Source of the DNA: an uncultured Oligoflexia bacterium
GTDB lineage: Bacteria; Bdellovibrionota; UBA1018; CAYHWW01
DNA length: 54,858 bases
Assembly (NCBI GenBank): GCA_964360145.1
Contig: CAYHWW010000004.1
Coordinates: forward strand, 1 to 54,858
Reading direction: 5' to 3'
Made by a program: the position numbers and the translations under genes. Shown one piece after another: positions 23,232 to 32,945 of this stretch; position 1 is the stretch's first letter, and each line of letters starts with the position of its first letter. A model generated the notes under the pieces. It saw nothing but the letters and a program-made list of their open reading frames with translations. It was not told the origin of the DNA and did not search any database.

Positions 23232-24017
23232 ATGAATGACAAAATCAATGTACAACGTAGGTCTATGTCTTCCGTGGACGCCACCATCCTCGATGCGCCA
23301 GAGCGGGTCCAGCAAATCCGGGCCCTCATCAACCGCAAACCATTTTTGCGGCGGCTGTATCTGGAATCCTATCTTAAATTCCAGAAAGTAGTTGAGCGCT
23401 GCCCCGAGGCTGGGCTCGTGCTTGAATTGGGTTCAGGGGGCGGCTTTCTGAAAGAAGTGATGCCCGAAGTGATCACTTCCGACACCTTGCCCTACCGGGG
23501 GGTGGATCGCGTGGTGGACGCCACCCGCATGCCCTTCAAGGATCGGGAGCTCAAGGCCGTCTTCATGCTGAATGTGTTCCATCACATCCCTGATGTCGCG
23601 GCGTTTTTTCGGGAGCTGGAACGCTGCCTTGCCCCTGGCGGACGTGTCCTCATCGTTGATCAACATCGCGGCTGGATCAGCGAACCCATCCTGCGCCACG
23701 CCCATCACGAACCGTACCGCCCTGAAGCCTCCGAGTGGCGCTTTGAAACCACCGGGCCGCTCTCGGGAGCCAATGGCGCCCTGGCCTGGGTGGTGTTTAC
23801 CCGTGATCGGCAACGCTTTGAGCGCGAATTCCCAGGGCTCCAGATCGCCTATCGCAAACCACACACGCCGTTGCGGTACTGGCTCTCCGGGGGGCTCAAA
23901 GAATGGTCATTGGCCCCATCCTGGGCCTTCGCTCCACTCACCGTGGTTGACCAAGCGCTCAGCGGAGCGGTCCCCCAACTCAGTAGCTTCATCGACATCG
24001 AGCTCGTGCGAATTTAA
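23232..24017 (+). CDS. class I SAM-dependent methyltransferase
   Basis: [24 protein letters not shown]. Confidence 0.88.
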   Translation: MNDKINVQRRSMSSVDATILDAPERVQQIRALINRKPFLRRLYLESYLKFQKVVERCPEAGLVLELGSGGGFLKEVMPEVITSDTLPYRGVDRVVDATRMPFKDRELKAVFMLNVFHHIPDVAAFFRELERCLAPGGRVLIVDQHRGWISEPILRHAHHEPYRPEASEWRFETTGPLSGANGALAWVVFTRDRQRFEREFPGLQIAYRKPHTPLRYWLSGGLKEWSLAPSWAFAPLTVVDQALSGAVPQLSSFIDIELVRI

Positions 24018-24532
24018 AACGCAGCCGCGGGCCTGCGGGCCATGCTGGTGGACGGAGCGCGACGCTCACGCATTTCTTGGCAGGGCAGGCAGAGTGTTGC
24101 GTCGGGCTTCGCACGCAAACGGTTCATGGGGATGGGCTCTTCGCAAGACTCACATTCACCGAAGGCACCGGAATCCATGCGGGAGAGGGCCTGATCAATG
24201 TGCCTCAACTCATCGCTGACATGCACGTTCATGCTCTCGCGCTTCAACCACTGTTCTTCTTCTTCAGAGCGATCCACGAGATCGCCGGGCTCACCACGGG
24301 ATGTGGCGCCGTGCTCTTCCATGGAGTGTTGATAGTTGAGGATTTGCTCACGGCGGTGCAGCAACTCGCGCTTCATGCGCTCCATGGACGCCGCGCCGCG
24401 AATGGGAGCAGCTTCAGCGATGGTCTTCGCTACTCTCACCTGGGACTTGAGGGGCTTGGCAGACTTCGAGACAGCGGGTTTTTTGCCCCGACTGACCGGC
24501 TTTTTGGTGTGTTTCTTCGCTAGTGTTGCCAT
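24014..24532 (-). CDS. TraR/DksA family C4 zinc-finger regulator
   Basis: CESC...RL.A.P.A.LCLPC, DLVD coiled-coil tip, Lys-rich N-terminus, GGAGG RBS. Confidence 0.88.
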   Translation of the reverse strand: MATLAKKHTKKPVSRGKKPAVSKSAKPLKSQVRVAKTIAEAAPIRGAASMERMKRELLHRREQILNYQHSMEEHGATSRGEPGDLVDRSEEEEQWLKRESMNVHVSDELRHIDQALSRMDSGAFGECESCEEPIPMNRLRAKPDATLCLPCQEMRERRAPSTSMARRPAAAF

Positions 24533-24667
24533 GTGCTTCCCTCCCAGAAATGAAGACCTGTAGCAATGTGGTATCCGCAGGGTGATTGTCAAGGAATGGA
24601 AGGCATATGAATAGTGGTGTTGATGCCTCAAGAAATGTAAAGTTAGAGGCATAGGGGGAGCATACTC

Positions 24668-25141
24668 ATGGAAAAAAACCTCATCATCCACCTGCAAAGC
24701 ACCTATTTATTTCACGGGTTGAAGGAGCAGCAGCTGGAAACGCTCTTTGAGGGCGCCACTGTACGTGAATTCGCCCCCGGCGCGATTATCTGCAAAGAGT
24801 TCGCCGCGGCTGACTCGCTCTTCGTGGTCATCTCTGGGGGGGCTGCGGTGCAAAAGCGCGACCCCGTAAAGGGTGACATAAGGCTGCTGCGCACCGCCGG
24901 AGAGGGGAGCGTCCTGGGGGAAATCGCCTTTCTGTGCGAACCAAAAGAACGCAGCGCGGAAATCGCCGCTGCCGGCCCCGCTGAAATCGTCGAGCTCAAG
25001 TACGAACAGATGCAGGCCGCATTCAAGAAAGATCCCCGAATCGAAACGGCTATCTACCGCTCCTGGGCCGTAAACCTCGCGGAGAGAGTCAAAGAACTCA
25101 GTGACGCGATGTATGTTTTCGCGAAAAATCGACGAGGGTAA
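24668..25141 (+). CDS. cyclic nucleotide-binding domain protein
   Basis: LGEIAFL...RSA phosphate-binding cassette; no HTH. Confidence 0.85.
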   Translation: MEKNLIIHLQSTYLFHGLKEQQLETLFEGATVREFAPGAIICKEFAAADSLFVVISGGAAVQKRDPVKGDIRLLRTAGEGSVLGEIAFLCEPKERSAEIAAAGPAEIVELKYEQMQAAFKKDPRIETAIYRSWAVNLAERVKELSDAMYVFAKNRRG

Positions 25142-25254
25142 GGGGCTGTTTCCACAGGGGTAGTGCCAAGCTCACTGTTCTAAAAACAGGACAACGTCCA
25201 CGCTCAGACATATGGTCTGTTTTCTTTACCAGACAAAACTTTCGATAAATCAGG

Positions 25255-25301
25255 CTAAGCAACTGATATTACTAGCAACGCAATGCGGCACACTCGTTGC
25301 T
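25255..25301 (+). promoter_or_regulatory. IHF-like site plus sigma54 promoter
   Basis: CGGCACACTCGTTGCT (GG-N10-GC, 25286-25301); reverse-strand TATCAGTTGCTTA matches the IHF consensus WATCAR-N4-TTR. Confidence 0.65.
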
Positions 25302-25329
25302 AACCCATCGCTCCCAAAAGGAGTGATTT

Positions 25330-25677
25330 ATGAAAGTGGTTTCTTTTAGAGTCTTAAAAATCTTCATGGCGTACTGGACTCTGTTGATCCTGGGCCTCTG
25401 GCTGGGGACCGGCACGGGCAATGCCCAGGAGGTTTCAGATTTTTCGCCTCACAGCGACGAGGAAAAACAAGTGGGCGCTCGCCTCTTCAGGGCGTGGGGT
25501 GAGCATACCTGCTGGAGCGATACCTCCATTGGCCACCGCTGCCGAGTTGAAGATGTGAACTTCACGAGCTGTGACGAAGCCCGGCACTACCTCGAACAGC
25601 AACGCTGCTGCCATTTAACAGAGTACGGTGGCAGCAGCGTGGGCTTTGAGCTAAAGCTTTGCACCTGGTGGCATTAA
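25330..25677 (+). CDS. small secreted cysteine-rich protein
   Basis: AGGAG RBS, signal peptide ending GNA-Q, 6 Cys in mature region. Confidence 0.7.
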   Translation: MKVVSFRVLKIFMAYWTLLILGLWLGTGTGNAQEVSDFSPHSDEEKQVGARLFRAWGEHTCWSDTSIGHRCRVEDVNFTSCDEARHYLEQQRCCHLTEYGGSSVGFELKLCTWWH

Positions 25678-25680
25678 TTC

Positions 25681-26073
25681 ATGATTTTTAAAACCGTAGC
25701 CTCTTTTACTTCTTTGATCGAAGCCCAGATCGTGCGCTCCAAGCTCCAATCCTGCGGCCTTGATGCCCGCATCCCAGATGAGCACATCCTTTCCATGGGC
25801 CACGGTGCGAGCCTTCGCCCTGATGGCAGCATCATTGTGCAAGTCGAAGATGAGCAATGGGATGAAGCCCGCCAGATCCTGGAAGCTGACAATGCCCTTG
25901 AGAGTGATTTGGCGCTGAAAAGAGAAGGCGAGCACACCAAGGACACATTCGCCGGAGACCCCCGCCCTGGCCCTCGGAAAAATTTCTGGAAAAAGGCCGC
26001 CATCACAGCGGTGGGCATCGCCGCAATCGCAGCAGGCATTGTTGTTTTTCGTCGCCGAAACCGGAAGGACTAG
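25681..26073 (+). CDS. DUF2007-like (putative signal transducing) protein with C-terminal TM
   Basis: EA.IVRSKL.S.G...I.DE...V...Q...A..IL pattern. Confidence 0.7.
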   Translation: MIFKTVASFTSLIEAQIVRSKLQSCGLDARIPDEHILSMGHGASLRPDGSIIVQVEDEQWDEARQILEADNALESDLALKREGEHTKDTFAGDPRPGPRKNFWKKAAITAVGIAAIAAGIVVFRRRNRKD

Positions 26074-26077
26074 CCGC

Positions 26078-27310
26078 GTGGCCACCGCCCTTAACAACGA
26101 CCAAACCCGTGCCTTAGCCGCCCTGGAGAGTGAAGAGAATGTGTTTCTCACCGGTGGCGCGGGCACCGGGAAATCCTTTTTACTCACCCACTACCTGAAT
26201 CACACGGGGGTTTCCTATCCCGTCCTTGCCAGCACCGGGGCTGCCGCCGTGCTTGTGGGCGGCCGCACCTTCCATAGTTTTTTTGGGTTGGGCATCTTAG
26301 AGGGCGGGCCGGGCAAGGCCGTGGAAAAGGCCCTCGGCAATCGCCGCGTCGTGGATCGCCTCAAGGCGGCCGATGGCGTGGTGATTGACGAGATTTCCAT
26401 GATTCCTGGGGACGCACTTGCTGCCGCCGAGTCGCTGGCCCGGAGGGCGCGGAAAAAAAACGCCCCCTGGGGGGGGTTGCGCATCATCACCGTAGGGGAC
26501 TTCGCTCAGCTGCCTCCCATCAGCCGCGGGCGCATGGGCGGCACGGACTGGGCCTTCGAGAGCCCTGCCTGGGATGCGGCACAGTTTCGCCCCGCGGTGC
26601 TGAAGAGCATCGTGCGCTCGAAGGATGAAGCATTTCTCAGGGCATTGGGTGACGTACGTGAAGGCCTTGTGACTCCAGCGGTACAAACCTTGTTGCGGCA
26701 ACGCAGCGGTTCCGTGTCGCCGGACTTCGATGGCACTTTGCTTTATGCGCGACGCGACGCCGTTGAAACCGAAAATGAGCGCCGCCTCGCCGGACTCAAG
26801 GGTGAGGAAGTGGCCTTGCCTACGCGTTATCTTGGCCCCGCGAGGTACCGCGAGCTCATTGAGAAGCATGCTCCCATACCGGGGATCTTGCGCCTCAAGA
26901 CCGGCGCCTTGGTGATGATCCGCGCCAACGACACCGACGGGCACTACGTCAACGGGTCACTGGGTCACATCGTGGATATCGATGACGACATCGTAGAGGT
27001 AGCGCTGAAGAACGGACGCACCGTGGAGCTGGAGCCCGTGACCTTCGATTACCTCAATGACGAGGGTGAAAAATCAGCCTCTGCCACCAACTTCCCCCTG
27101 TCCTTGGCCTACGCCACCACCATTCACAAAGCCCAGGGCATGACCATTGATTCTCTTTGCGTGGACTTAAGCAATCTTTGGGAACCAGGCCAGGCCTATG
27201 TCGCTCTGAGCCGCGTGCGCTCCCCGGAGGGCCTGGTGGTCACTCGCTGGGCGCCCAGCTCCATCCGCGCTGATCAACGCGTGTTGGAATTCCAGCAGGC
27301 GTTGGAATAG
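26078..27310 (+). CDS. Pif1-family 5'-3' DNA helicase
   Basis: GGAGTGKS, IDEISM, GDFAQLPP, LAYATTIHKAQG, GQAYVALSR. Confidence 0.92.
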   Translation: MATALNNDQTRALAALESEENVFLTGGAGTGKSFLLTHYLNHTGVSYPVLASTGAAAVLVGGRTFHSFFGLGILEGGPGKAVEKALGNRRVVDRLKAADGVVIDEISMIPGDALAAAESLARRARKKNAPWGGLRIITVGDFAQLPPISRGRMGGTDWAFESPAWDAAQFRPAVLKSIVRSKDEAFLRALGDVREGLVTPAVQTLLRQRSGSVSPDFDGTLLYARRDAVETENERRLAGLKGEEVALPTRYLGPARYRELIEKHAPIPGILRLKTGALVMIRANDTDGHYVNGSLGHIVDIDDDIVEVALKNGRTVELEPVTFDYLNDEGEKSASATNFPLSLAYATTIHKAQGMTIDSLCVDLSNLWEPGQAYVALSRVRSPEGLVVTRWAPSSIRADQRVLEFQQALE

Positions 27311-27381
27311 AAATAAGGCAAGTCGGCCACTTTGAGAAAGCAGGTCGTTGACAGTACGGACAGACTGGCTCAGAAAAAGCT

Positions 27382-28416
27382 ATGTCGCGAAATGAAGTTC
27401 GGATGCTCCCACCCCTTGATTTGCCTCTCGATCAACGCCCTATAGCGAACAATCCCGCACCCCCACCTCATAAGCCAACAGCGGCTGTACCGTCATCTCT
27501 TCTGCGTGCGTTTAGACCTGAACTAGCTGGGACAGTGCGGCAGAAAACGGAAGCGACACTAGCACAGCTTGAAGCCAAACTGGGCGCACCCTACTTTTCC
27601 ACAGACGGCTTTATCTTATTCAACTGCGACAGCTTATCGGCCCTGAAGGCCCTGGAAGATTGCCAGCTCAAGTTTGATCTCACGATCACATCTCCGCCTT
27701 ACAATATTGGAAAGGCCTATGAGTCTGTGGTGGCGGTGGACGAATATGTGCGTTGGTGCACCTCTTGGATGAGTGCCGTCCACAAAGTAACTGCTTCAAA
27801 TGGGGCTTTTTGGCTTAATCTTGGCTACCTTTCCGTTCCTTTGAAAGGAAGGGCGGTTCCAATACCTTACTTACTGTGGGACAAGACGCCGTTTTTCCTC
27901 ATCCAAGAACTCGTTTGGAATTATGGCGCCGGGGTTACGGCAAAGCACAGCTTTGCGCCCCGCAATGAAAAGTGGCTTTTCTTTGTTAAGGACGAAGGTA
28001 CATATACGTTCAATTTGGATGACGTGAGAGATCCGAACGTCAAATATCCAAATCAGAAAAAAAACGGGAAATTTCGTTGCAATCCGCTGGGCAAGAATCC
28101 TTCTGACGTTTGGCAATTTCCGAAAGTAACCACGGGCAAGGACCGCAGCTCCAAGGAAAGGACCTCACATCCCGCGCAGTTCCCACTGGGCGTGGTGGAG
28201 CGCATTGTTCGTGCCTCCTCGAACGAGGGCGGCCTTGTGCTAGACCCCTTTTCAGGTTCCGCATCCACAGGCCTGGCCGCGGCCGGAACTGGGCGCATCT
28301 ATGTCGGATTTGAAATGCGAAAGGATTACTGCCAAGAGTCCGTGGAAAGATTGAGACGGTTCCAGAAGGCTCGAAAGGACGCAGGAAGTCAGCTGTCGCT
28401 CTCCTCAATTGGTTGA
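27382..28416 (+). CDS. type II DNA methyltransferase, beta class (probably m4C, M.ScaI-like)
   Basis: TSPPYN motif IV precedes VLDPFSGS motif I; HPAQFP. Confidence 0.9.
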   Translation: MSRNEVRMLPPLDLPLDQRPIANNPAPPPHKPTAAVPSSLLRAFRPELAGTVRQKTEATLAQLEAKLGAPYFSTDGFILFNCDSLSALKALEDCQLKFDLTITSPPYNIGKAYESVVAVDEYVRWCTSWMSAVHKVTASNGAFWLNLGYLSVPLKGRAVPIPYLLWDKTPFFLIQELVWNYGAGVTAKHSFAPRNEKWLFFVKDEGTYTFNLDDVRDPNVKYPNQKKNGKFRCNPLGKNPSDVWQFPKVTTGKDRSSKERTSHPAQFPLGVVERIVRASSNEGGLVLDPFSGSASTGLAAAGTGRIYVGFEMRKDYCQESVERLRRFQKARKDAGSQLSLSSIG

Positions 28417-29033
28417 GTGAGCGAATAAATCTTGATGAACTTTCCCGCATAAGCGGCTGGGCTCACCCTTGATTGCTGACCTGTTGGAGACTTCTGCGCA
28501 ATCCAGTCTGTGTGATCCAACCAACCAAATCGAACTTGAATGAGGCGCGGCGTGCGGCCAGAATCACTGAATTTTTCAAAGTTGATGGCTAAATAATAAC
28601 CAGACTTTCCCTTCTTCCGATGCTCGGTCTCGCCCACTGGAGACTGGCCGTAGCTCCTGTTGCCGAATATCTGGGATGAGTGCGAAGAGGTCTTGATCTC
28701 GACCGAGTAGTTCGGATCGAACAGGCAAACCAAGTCTTTGTCATTTTTGCTCCGCTGGCGGCACCACATCTTCGGATAGCGATCCCGAAAAATGAGCGGA
28801 ATGAGTTCGTGCAGAAAGTTTCCCATGATCTGAGGAGAAGGCTGAATTTCGATTCCAAGACGATATTTCTGCGCTCCTATGCGGGTCTCAAAAACATCAT
28901 CCCATGCAGTCCGCGCTACGTCTGCGAGTTCGGAGGTAAGCGGATGTTCCCTGAGCAGTCTCTTTGTAACCGCTAACCACTGGTCTTCGGGAAGACCTGC
29001 ATAGGGGCTCTCGCCGTGCTTCTGTTTACCCAC
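28389..29033 (-). CDS. ScaI-family type II restriction endonuclease
   Basis: SPY.GL...W...T..L...HPL, PQIMGNFLHELI, KDLV...EIKTSS, GNRSY, GWLDH.DW. Confidence 0.8.
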   Translation of the reverse strand: MGKQKHGESPYAGLPEDQWLAVTKRLLREHPLTSELADVARTAWDDVFETRIGAQKYRLGIEIQPSPQIMGNFLHELIPLIFRDRYPKMWCRQRSKNDKDLVCLFDPNYSVEIKTSSHSSQIFGNRSYGQSPVGETEHRKKGKSGYYLAINFEKFSDSGRTPRLIQVRFGWLDHTDWIAQKSPTGQQSRVSPAAYAGKFIKIYSLTQPIEESDS

Positions 29034-29251
29034 TATTCGATTTTCTCAAATAGCTTTGACGGAGATACGCGGAGCGCTCGCGCAAGTCGGAGAATATTGA
29101 GTATCCCTACGTTTCTCTCACCGCGCTCAATTCCCCCGATGTAGGTCCTGTGAAGTCCCGCCAGGTCACCAAGCGCCTCCTGAGACAGTCCTGTCTTTAT
29201 CCTCAGGCTACGAATACGGCGCGCAAACTGCGCAAGTTCATTACGACCCAT
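29033..29251 (-). CDS. R-M controller (C) protein, XRE HTH
   Basis: SQEALG..AGLHRTYIGGIERGERN; directly upstream of and coupled to the REase. Confidence 0.9.
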   Translation of the reverse strand: MGRNELAQFARRIRSLRIKTGLSQEALGDLAGLHRTYIGGIERGERNVGILNILRLARALRVSPSKLFEKIE

Positions 29252-29274
29252 GGCGTTGATATTTAGCTGCTGAT

Positions 29275-29300
29275 GACGATCGGTCTACAGACTATAAGTA
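29275..29300 (-). promoter_or_regulatory. C-box operator pair
   Basis: Minus strand TACTTATAGTC-TGTA-GACCGATCGTC, closely resembling PvuII-type GACT-N3-AGTC-TGTA-GACT-N3-AGTC; 23 nt before the C gene ATG. Confidence 0.85.
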
Positions 29301-29441
29301 TCGTTGATCGAAAGGCGTGTGAGCTCTAGTGGCTGAAGAATCTCGATGTTACCGCTACTTAGTCAGGCTGGCAGCAGTGCGGTAGCCAACTGGCCATACA
29401 TTCGGACTCACTATCTCCAATCTCGGTCCTTGCGGCTTTAA

Positions 29442-29665
29442 ATGAGGATCGGGGCTGGAATGCCGATCAAAGACAGCGACAAACCTCACATCGGAATGGT
29501 CCTCTTTGCTCCCAAGAAGCCAAGAGATCTCTACTGCAAACGCTTCCTTCACTCCGACGAGTTGCCCTACTTTGTGCCAGGGAATCGGAAGGTAATGCTC
29601 GACTTCGGTTCAAGCAAAGTCGCACCGGCCATTTGCTATGAGTCCTTGCTGCCTGAGCACGCTGA
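29442..29665 (+). pseudogene. internal fragment of carbon-nitrogen hydrolase (nitrilase superfamily)
   Basis: Y.K..LH.DE.PYF..G and APAICYESL motifs; lacks both N- and C-terminal parts. Confidence 0.7.
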
Positions 29666-30769
29666 TTGGCGGAGCTTCCTATTTAAGGGCTCTGAATAGA
29701 AACGCGCGATGAGTTCCGCAATAACAGCGGAAACCAAGAGAAACGTGGCAAACCATAAGGGTTTCACCGCATAACTTGTGTCTTCGTGCTTTAGAACCGT
29801 CCGCATGATCGCCAGGACAATGATGTGAAAGAGGTAAAGTTCGTAGCTATTTTTGCCAAACCAACGAATGACACCCAGCGGTCGGTCTAGGATTTGCCAC
29901 CGGATCGGCTCAGTGGTTCTCGACAGAAGGATGGCCGCTGTTGAAAGGGAGACCAACGAAATGCCTATGACTGCGTTGGCATAGATCCCTTTGTAAAAAT
30001 ACACCGCAGTAATCGTGACGGCTGCTATGGCGGTAACAATCCGAGAACCAGTCTTTGAAAGTGACTTTCCACTCCCCAGAATGGCAGCGATGCAACCGAT
30101 GGCAATGCTGTCGAAGCATGAAAGGTAGCCATGCATGGCCACGATATCGTTTTCCAGGTGCTGGGCGCGGAAAATCGGCCCGATCAGAGCGAACAGCGCC
30201 AAAACGGAAAGAATTACTGCCCTCTTCCTTAGAGAAATACAGAGAATTGGAAACGCCAGGTAGAAGACCTCTTCCACTGACAGGGACCACAGCGTGTTAA
30301 GGCAGTAGTTAAACCAGCCAAACTTTTCCATCAGTACGTTGTGAGTAAAGGTCAAAACCGAGAGAACCGTGACAGCAAGTGACGGCATAGCCTTGTCGTT
30401 CTGGAAAATCTCTAAACCTGCCCACCCCAGGGAAACGACAGCTCCAAGCATCAGCGCCAGGCTTGGGATGATTCGAGCAAAGCGGAATGAGTAGAAGGAG
30501 CGCAGGCTGACTCGACTGAGTTCACCAAATCGAGAAAGCGTCGTAGACGTGATCAAGAAACCGGAAATCACGAAAAAGATCGTGACGCCGTAGTTCCCGT
30601 TCCTGCCAAGGCGGCGCATAAATTCCGCAGACAAAATGTCGGCAAAGAAGCCGTGATCCATTCTGTAGGTCAAGTGAAAGTGATGGATGAGCACAAGCAG
30701 AATTGAAATGCCGCGCAAAATATCCACCGTCCGATCTCGACGGCTTGAAGAAATAGGTCTTGTGCTCAT
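29636..30769 (-). CDS. acyltransferase family 3 (OafA-like O-acyltransferase)
   Basis: D.LRGI.ILLV..HH, GV.IFFVISGFLIT, R..RI.P, WSLSVEE.FY, SY.LYL.H. Confidence 0.92.
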   Translation of the reverse strand: MSTRPISSSRRDRTVDILRGISILLVLIHHFHLTYRMDHGFFADILSAEFMRRLGRNGNYGVTIFFVISGFLITSTTLSRFGELSRVSLRSFYSFRFARIIPSLALMLGAVVSLGWAGLEIFQNDKAMPSLAVTVLSVLTFTHNVLMEKFGWFNYCLNTLWSLSVEEVFYLAFPILCISLRKRAVILSVLALFALIGPIFRAQHLENDIVAMHGYLSCFDSIAIGCIAAILGSGKSLSKTGSRIVTAIAAVTITAVYFYKGIYANAVIGISLVSLSTAAILLSRTTEPIRWQILDRPLGVIRWFGKNSYELYLFHIIVLAIMRTVLKHEDTSYAVKPLWFATFLLVSAVIAELIARFYSEPLNRKLRQSACSGSKDS

Positions 30770-31030
30770 TGGTATGAAGGTAACATTGGGGTTCTAAGAT
30801 GAGAATCCAGCATAACCAAGAATATCTTAGTGCCAGCCTATGCCGGCAATGGAACTAGGTGCCTGAACTGAAGAGCCAGACGTGTGAGGAGCGGCAGCAG
30901 GCTAAGAAGGCACTTCAAGGCCGTGATGAGCTTACTCTGACGACGGCCGCGGTTGATGCGGATCCTGATGAAGTAAAAACTCAGAAAATCGTCCCATCTG
31001 GAGCCCATTAGTTAGTAGCCGCACCAGACT

Positions 31031-31058
31031 TGTTAACACTATTAGAATAGCGTGTTAA
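31031..31058. promoter_or_regulatory. inverted-repeat operator upstream of BrnT/antitoxin locus
   Basis: TTAACAC...GTGTTAA palindrome just before the toxin GTG start. Confidence 0.55.
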
Positions 31059-31067
31059 TAGTGTACT

Positions 31068-31206
31068 GTGGCGCAATGGCAATTTGTCGACTGGCTTCTT
31101 GAGACATCCTCCTTTGAGTTCGAGTGGGATCAGTGCAAGGCCTGCACATAAGAAGGAAAGGAAGCAGTATGAAGAAATCCTACGCAAAATCTCTGAAAAA
31201 CTATGA
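31068..31206 (+). pseudogene. BrnT-family toxin inactivated by internal deletion
   Basis: N-terminal FEFEWD joined out of frame to C-terminal ISARPAHKKERKQYEE; middle of the gene missing. Confidence 0.75.
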
Positions 31207-31411
31207 GGAGCCCTTTGAGCTCGAGGCCGAGAAGATCCTTGCCGCCATGAAGCGCTACAAGGACTCACGGAAGAAGCCCACAAGCGTCGCCTTAGATGAG
31301 AAAACCATCGAGGAACTCAAGCTCGTTGCCGAGAAGCTGGGCATTCCTTATCAAGTATTGATTCGAGTGCTGATCTTGGATGGCCTGGAGCGCCTCAAAA
31401 AGGCAGCGTAA
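31169..31411 (+). CDS. CopG/BrnA-like RHH antitoxin
   Basis: KKPTSVALD...LK..A.KLGIPYQ.LIR. Confidence 0.8.
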   Translation: MKKSYAKSLKNYEEPFELEAEKILAAMKRYKDSRKKPTSVALDEKTIEELKLVAEKLGIPYQVLIRVLILDGLERLKKAA

Positions 31412-31412
31412 A

Positions 31413-31757
31413 ATGCCTAGGCTAACCGTCCGTCAGCAAAAGTGGGCAATACGAGTCGTCGCCATTCTCTTTGTCGTCCTGTGCGCAAACACCCTGAGGC
31501 GAATGGCCGAGACTCCCGAGATCCATCGGAAAATCATCGGTGGTTTGATAACCTCATTGGTCCTAAATGCCGGCCTTCTCTTGAGCTCATTCCCTCATAG
31601 AAGCTGGATTCGACACTCCCTCGGGGTGCTATTGATCCCTTCGGCTTTAGGCGTCGCTTTTGTGCTGGCTGACTATCACCTTATACTGTCCGCCTTCTCC
31701 ATCGTGTTTCACATCTGGCTTGTCGCCTGGCTATTTATGAGGCGGGTTACAGCATGA
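31413..31757 (+). CDS. small membrane protein
   Basis: Four hydrophobic segments. Confidence 0.55.
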   Translation: MPRLTVRQQKWAIRVVAILFVVLCANTLRRMAETPEIHRKIIGGLITSLVLNAGLLLSSFPHRSWIRHSLGVLLIPSALGVAFVLADYHLILSAFSIVFHIWLVAWLFMRRVTA

Positions 31758-32400
31758 AAACTCCCTCTGCATTGCGTGATGAGGCCGAAGCTGAAGCGTA
31801 CCAGTACTTCGACGAGAATATTCGCGAACTTCCCAAAAATCCGGACGGAACGATCAATACATCCGCCCCGGGATTCCACGATAATGATGTCGATGCATTC
31901 CGGCACGCTACGTCAGCGGAGTTTTCACCCAGGAGTATAGTGAGACAGCAGCGGATATCTTCGGAAGATTGAACGAGTTTTTTGGTCCCGACCTCTACTC
32001 GAACTCCGCGGACCCACGTTCTTTGAATATGGATCTGTGGAACAATAGAGTCGGCAGAAAATACGGAGATAAATCAAAGATCCGGGCGACTCTGTTGAAA
32101 AAGATTCAGCAGGCCCTTGAAGACGGAGAACTCATTACCGACCTTGCTGATCGCCGTAACTATCGGGGGGCTCGGAGCAACCCGGAACGAGCATCCAAGC
32201 CAATCGTTGCTATCAAGGAAGACAAGAATGGCCGCAATGAGCTATTCTTTGACATCGTCAAAAAGCAAGTCTTCACGCTTGCTGCGTTTCTGGAGCAAAT
32301 CGATGCCGGCGAGTACCCCGGCTACGTTGTTAAGAATGTTCGCGGGAAACCGACGCCCGTCTCAAAACCTGACAAGCGCAGAACCAACAACATCGGTTAG
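31754..32400 (+). pseudogene. frameshifted DUF6973-like + DUF3892-like protein
   Basis: DAFRHA continues as YVSGVFTQEY...MDLWNN.VGR only after a frameshift near 31909; C-terminal S.PD....NN motif. Confidence 0.6.
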
Positions 32401-32649
32401 CCTCGGCTAACGTAAAAGAAAACCGCATCCCGCGCTCAGCCACCACTCAGCCAAAACTCAGCACACCGTCGTGATGGCCACTGATTCCGTGTGATGCTTC
32501 CAGCGAAGCGACATCGATAAACCCTTGAAGCCCAAGGTTTTAGGTTTTCGATGGTTACGGGGTTTTGAGGGAAAGAGTCTTGAAAAAAATGGTCGGGGAC
32601 ACGCCAATGTGGCCGAACCGTTGATCGTGGTGCGTGAGCATCCGGCGCG

Positions 32650-32900
32650 GTGGACACACTAATGGGCCGCCGCATAGCTGCCGTCGAGGAAGAGGAAAAA
32701 GCTACTTGGGGTGATCTGCAGCTCATCGCCATCAAAATCCGGGGGATTGGTTTTCTGCTCGAACGGCAAAAGGCCGACGACTGCCAGCCCCTGGACTATG
32801 AAGAGCTGCTTGAGGGGGGGGTATGGTGGTCCGGGAGCTAGGGGAAGAGGCTAGCAGCGTGGCCACAGAGCTTGAAGAAAGCGCCTTAAACAAGGCTTGA
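32650..32900 (+). pseudogene. small helical protein frameshifted at a G8 tract
   Basis: Reading continues GMVVRELGEEASSVATELEE in another frame after G8 (32814-32821). Confidence 0.4.
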
Positions 32901-32926
32901 CACAATGATATCACATTTGATATCAT
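32897..32926 (+). promoter_or_regulatory. hicAB promoter/operator
   Basis: TTGACA-18nt-TATCAT overlapped by two TGATATCA palindromes (32906-32913, 32918-32925). Confidence 0.75.
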
Positions 32927-32945
32927 GCAAAACAGGGCACGCATC

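Noticed and set aside
30859-31011. 50-codon GTG-start ORF
   Set aside because: No RBS or recognisable motif; probably a remnant or noise
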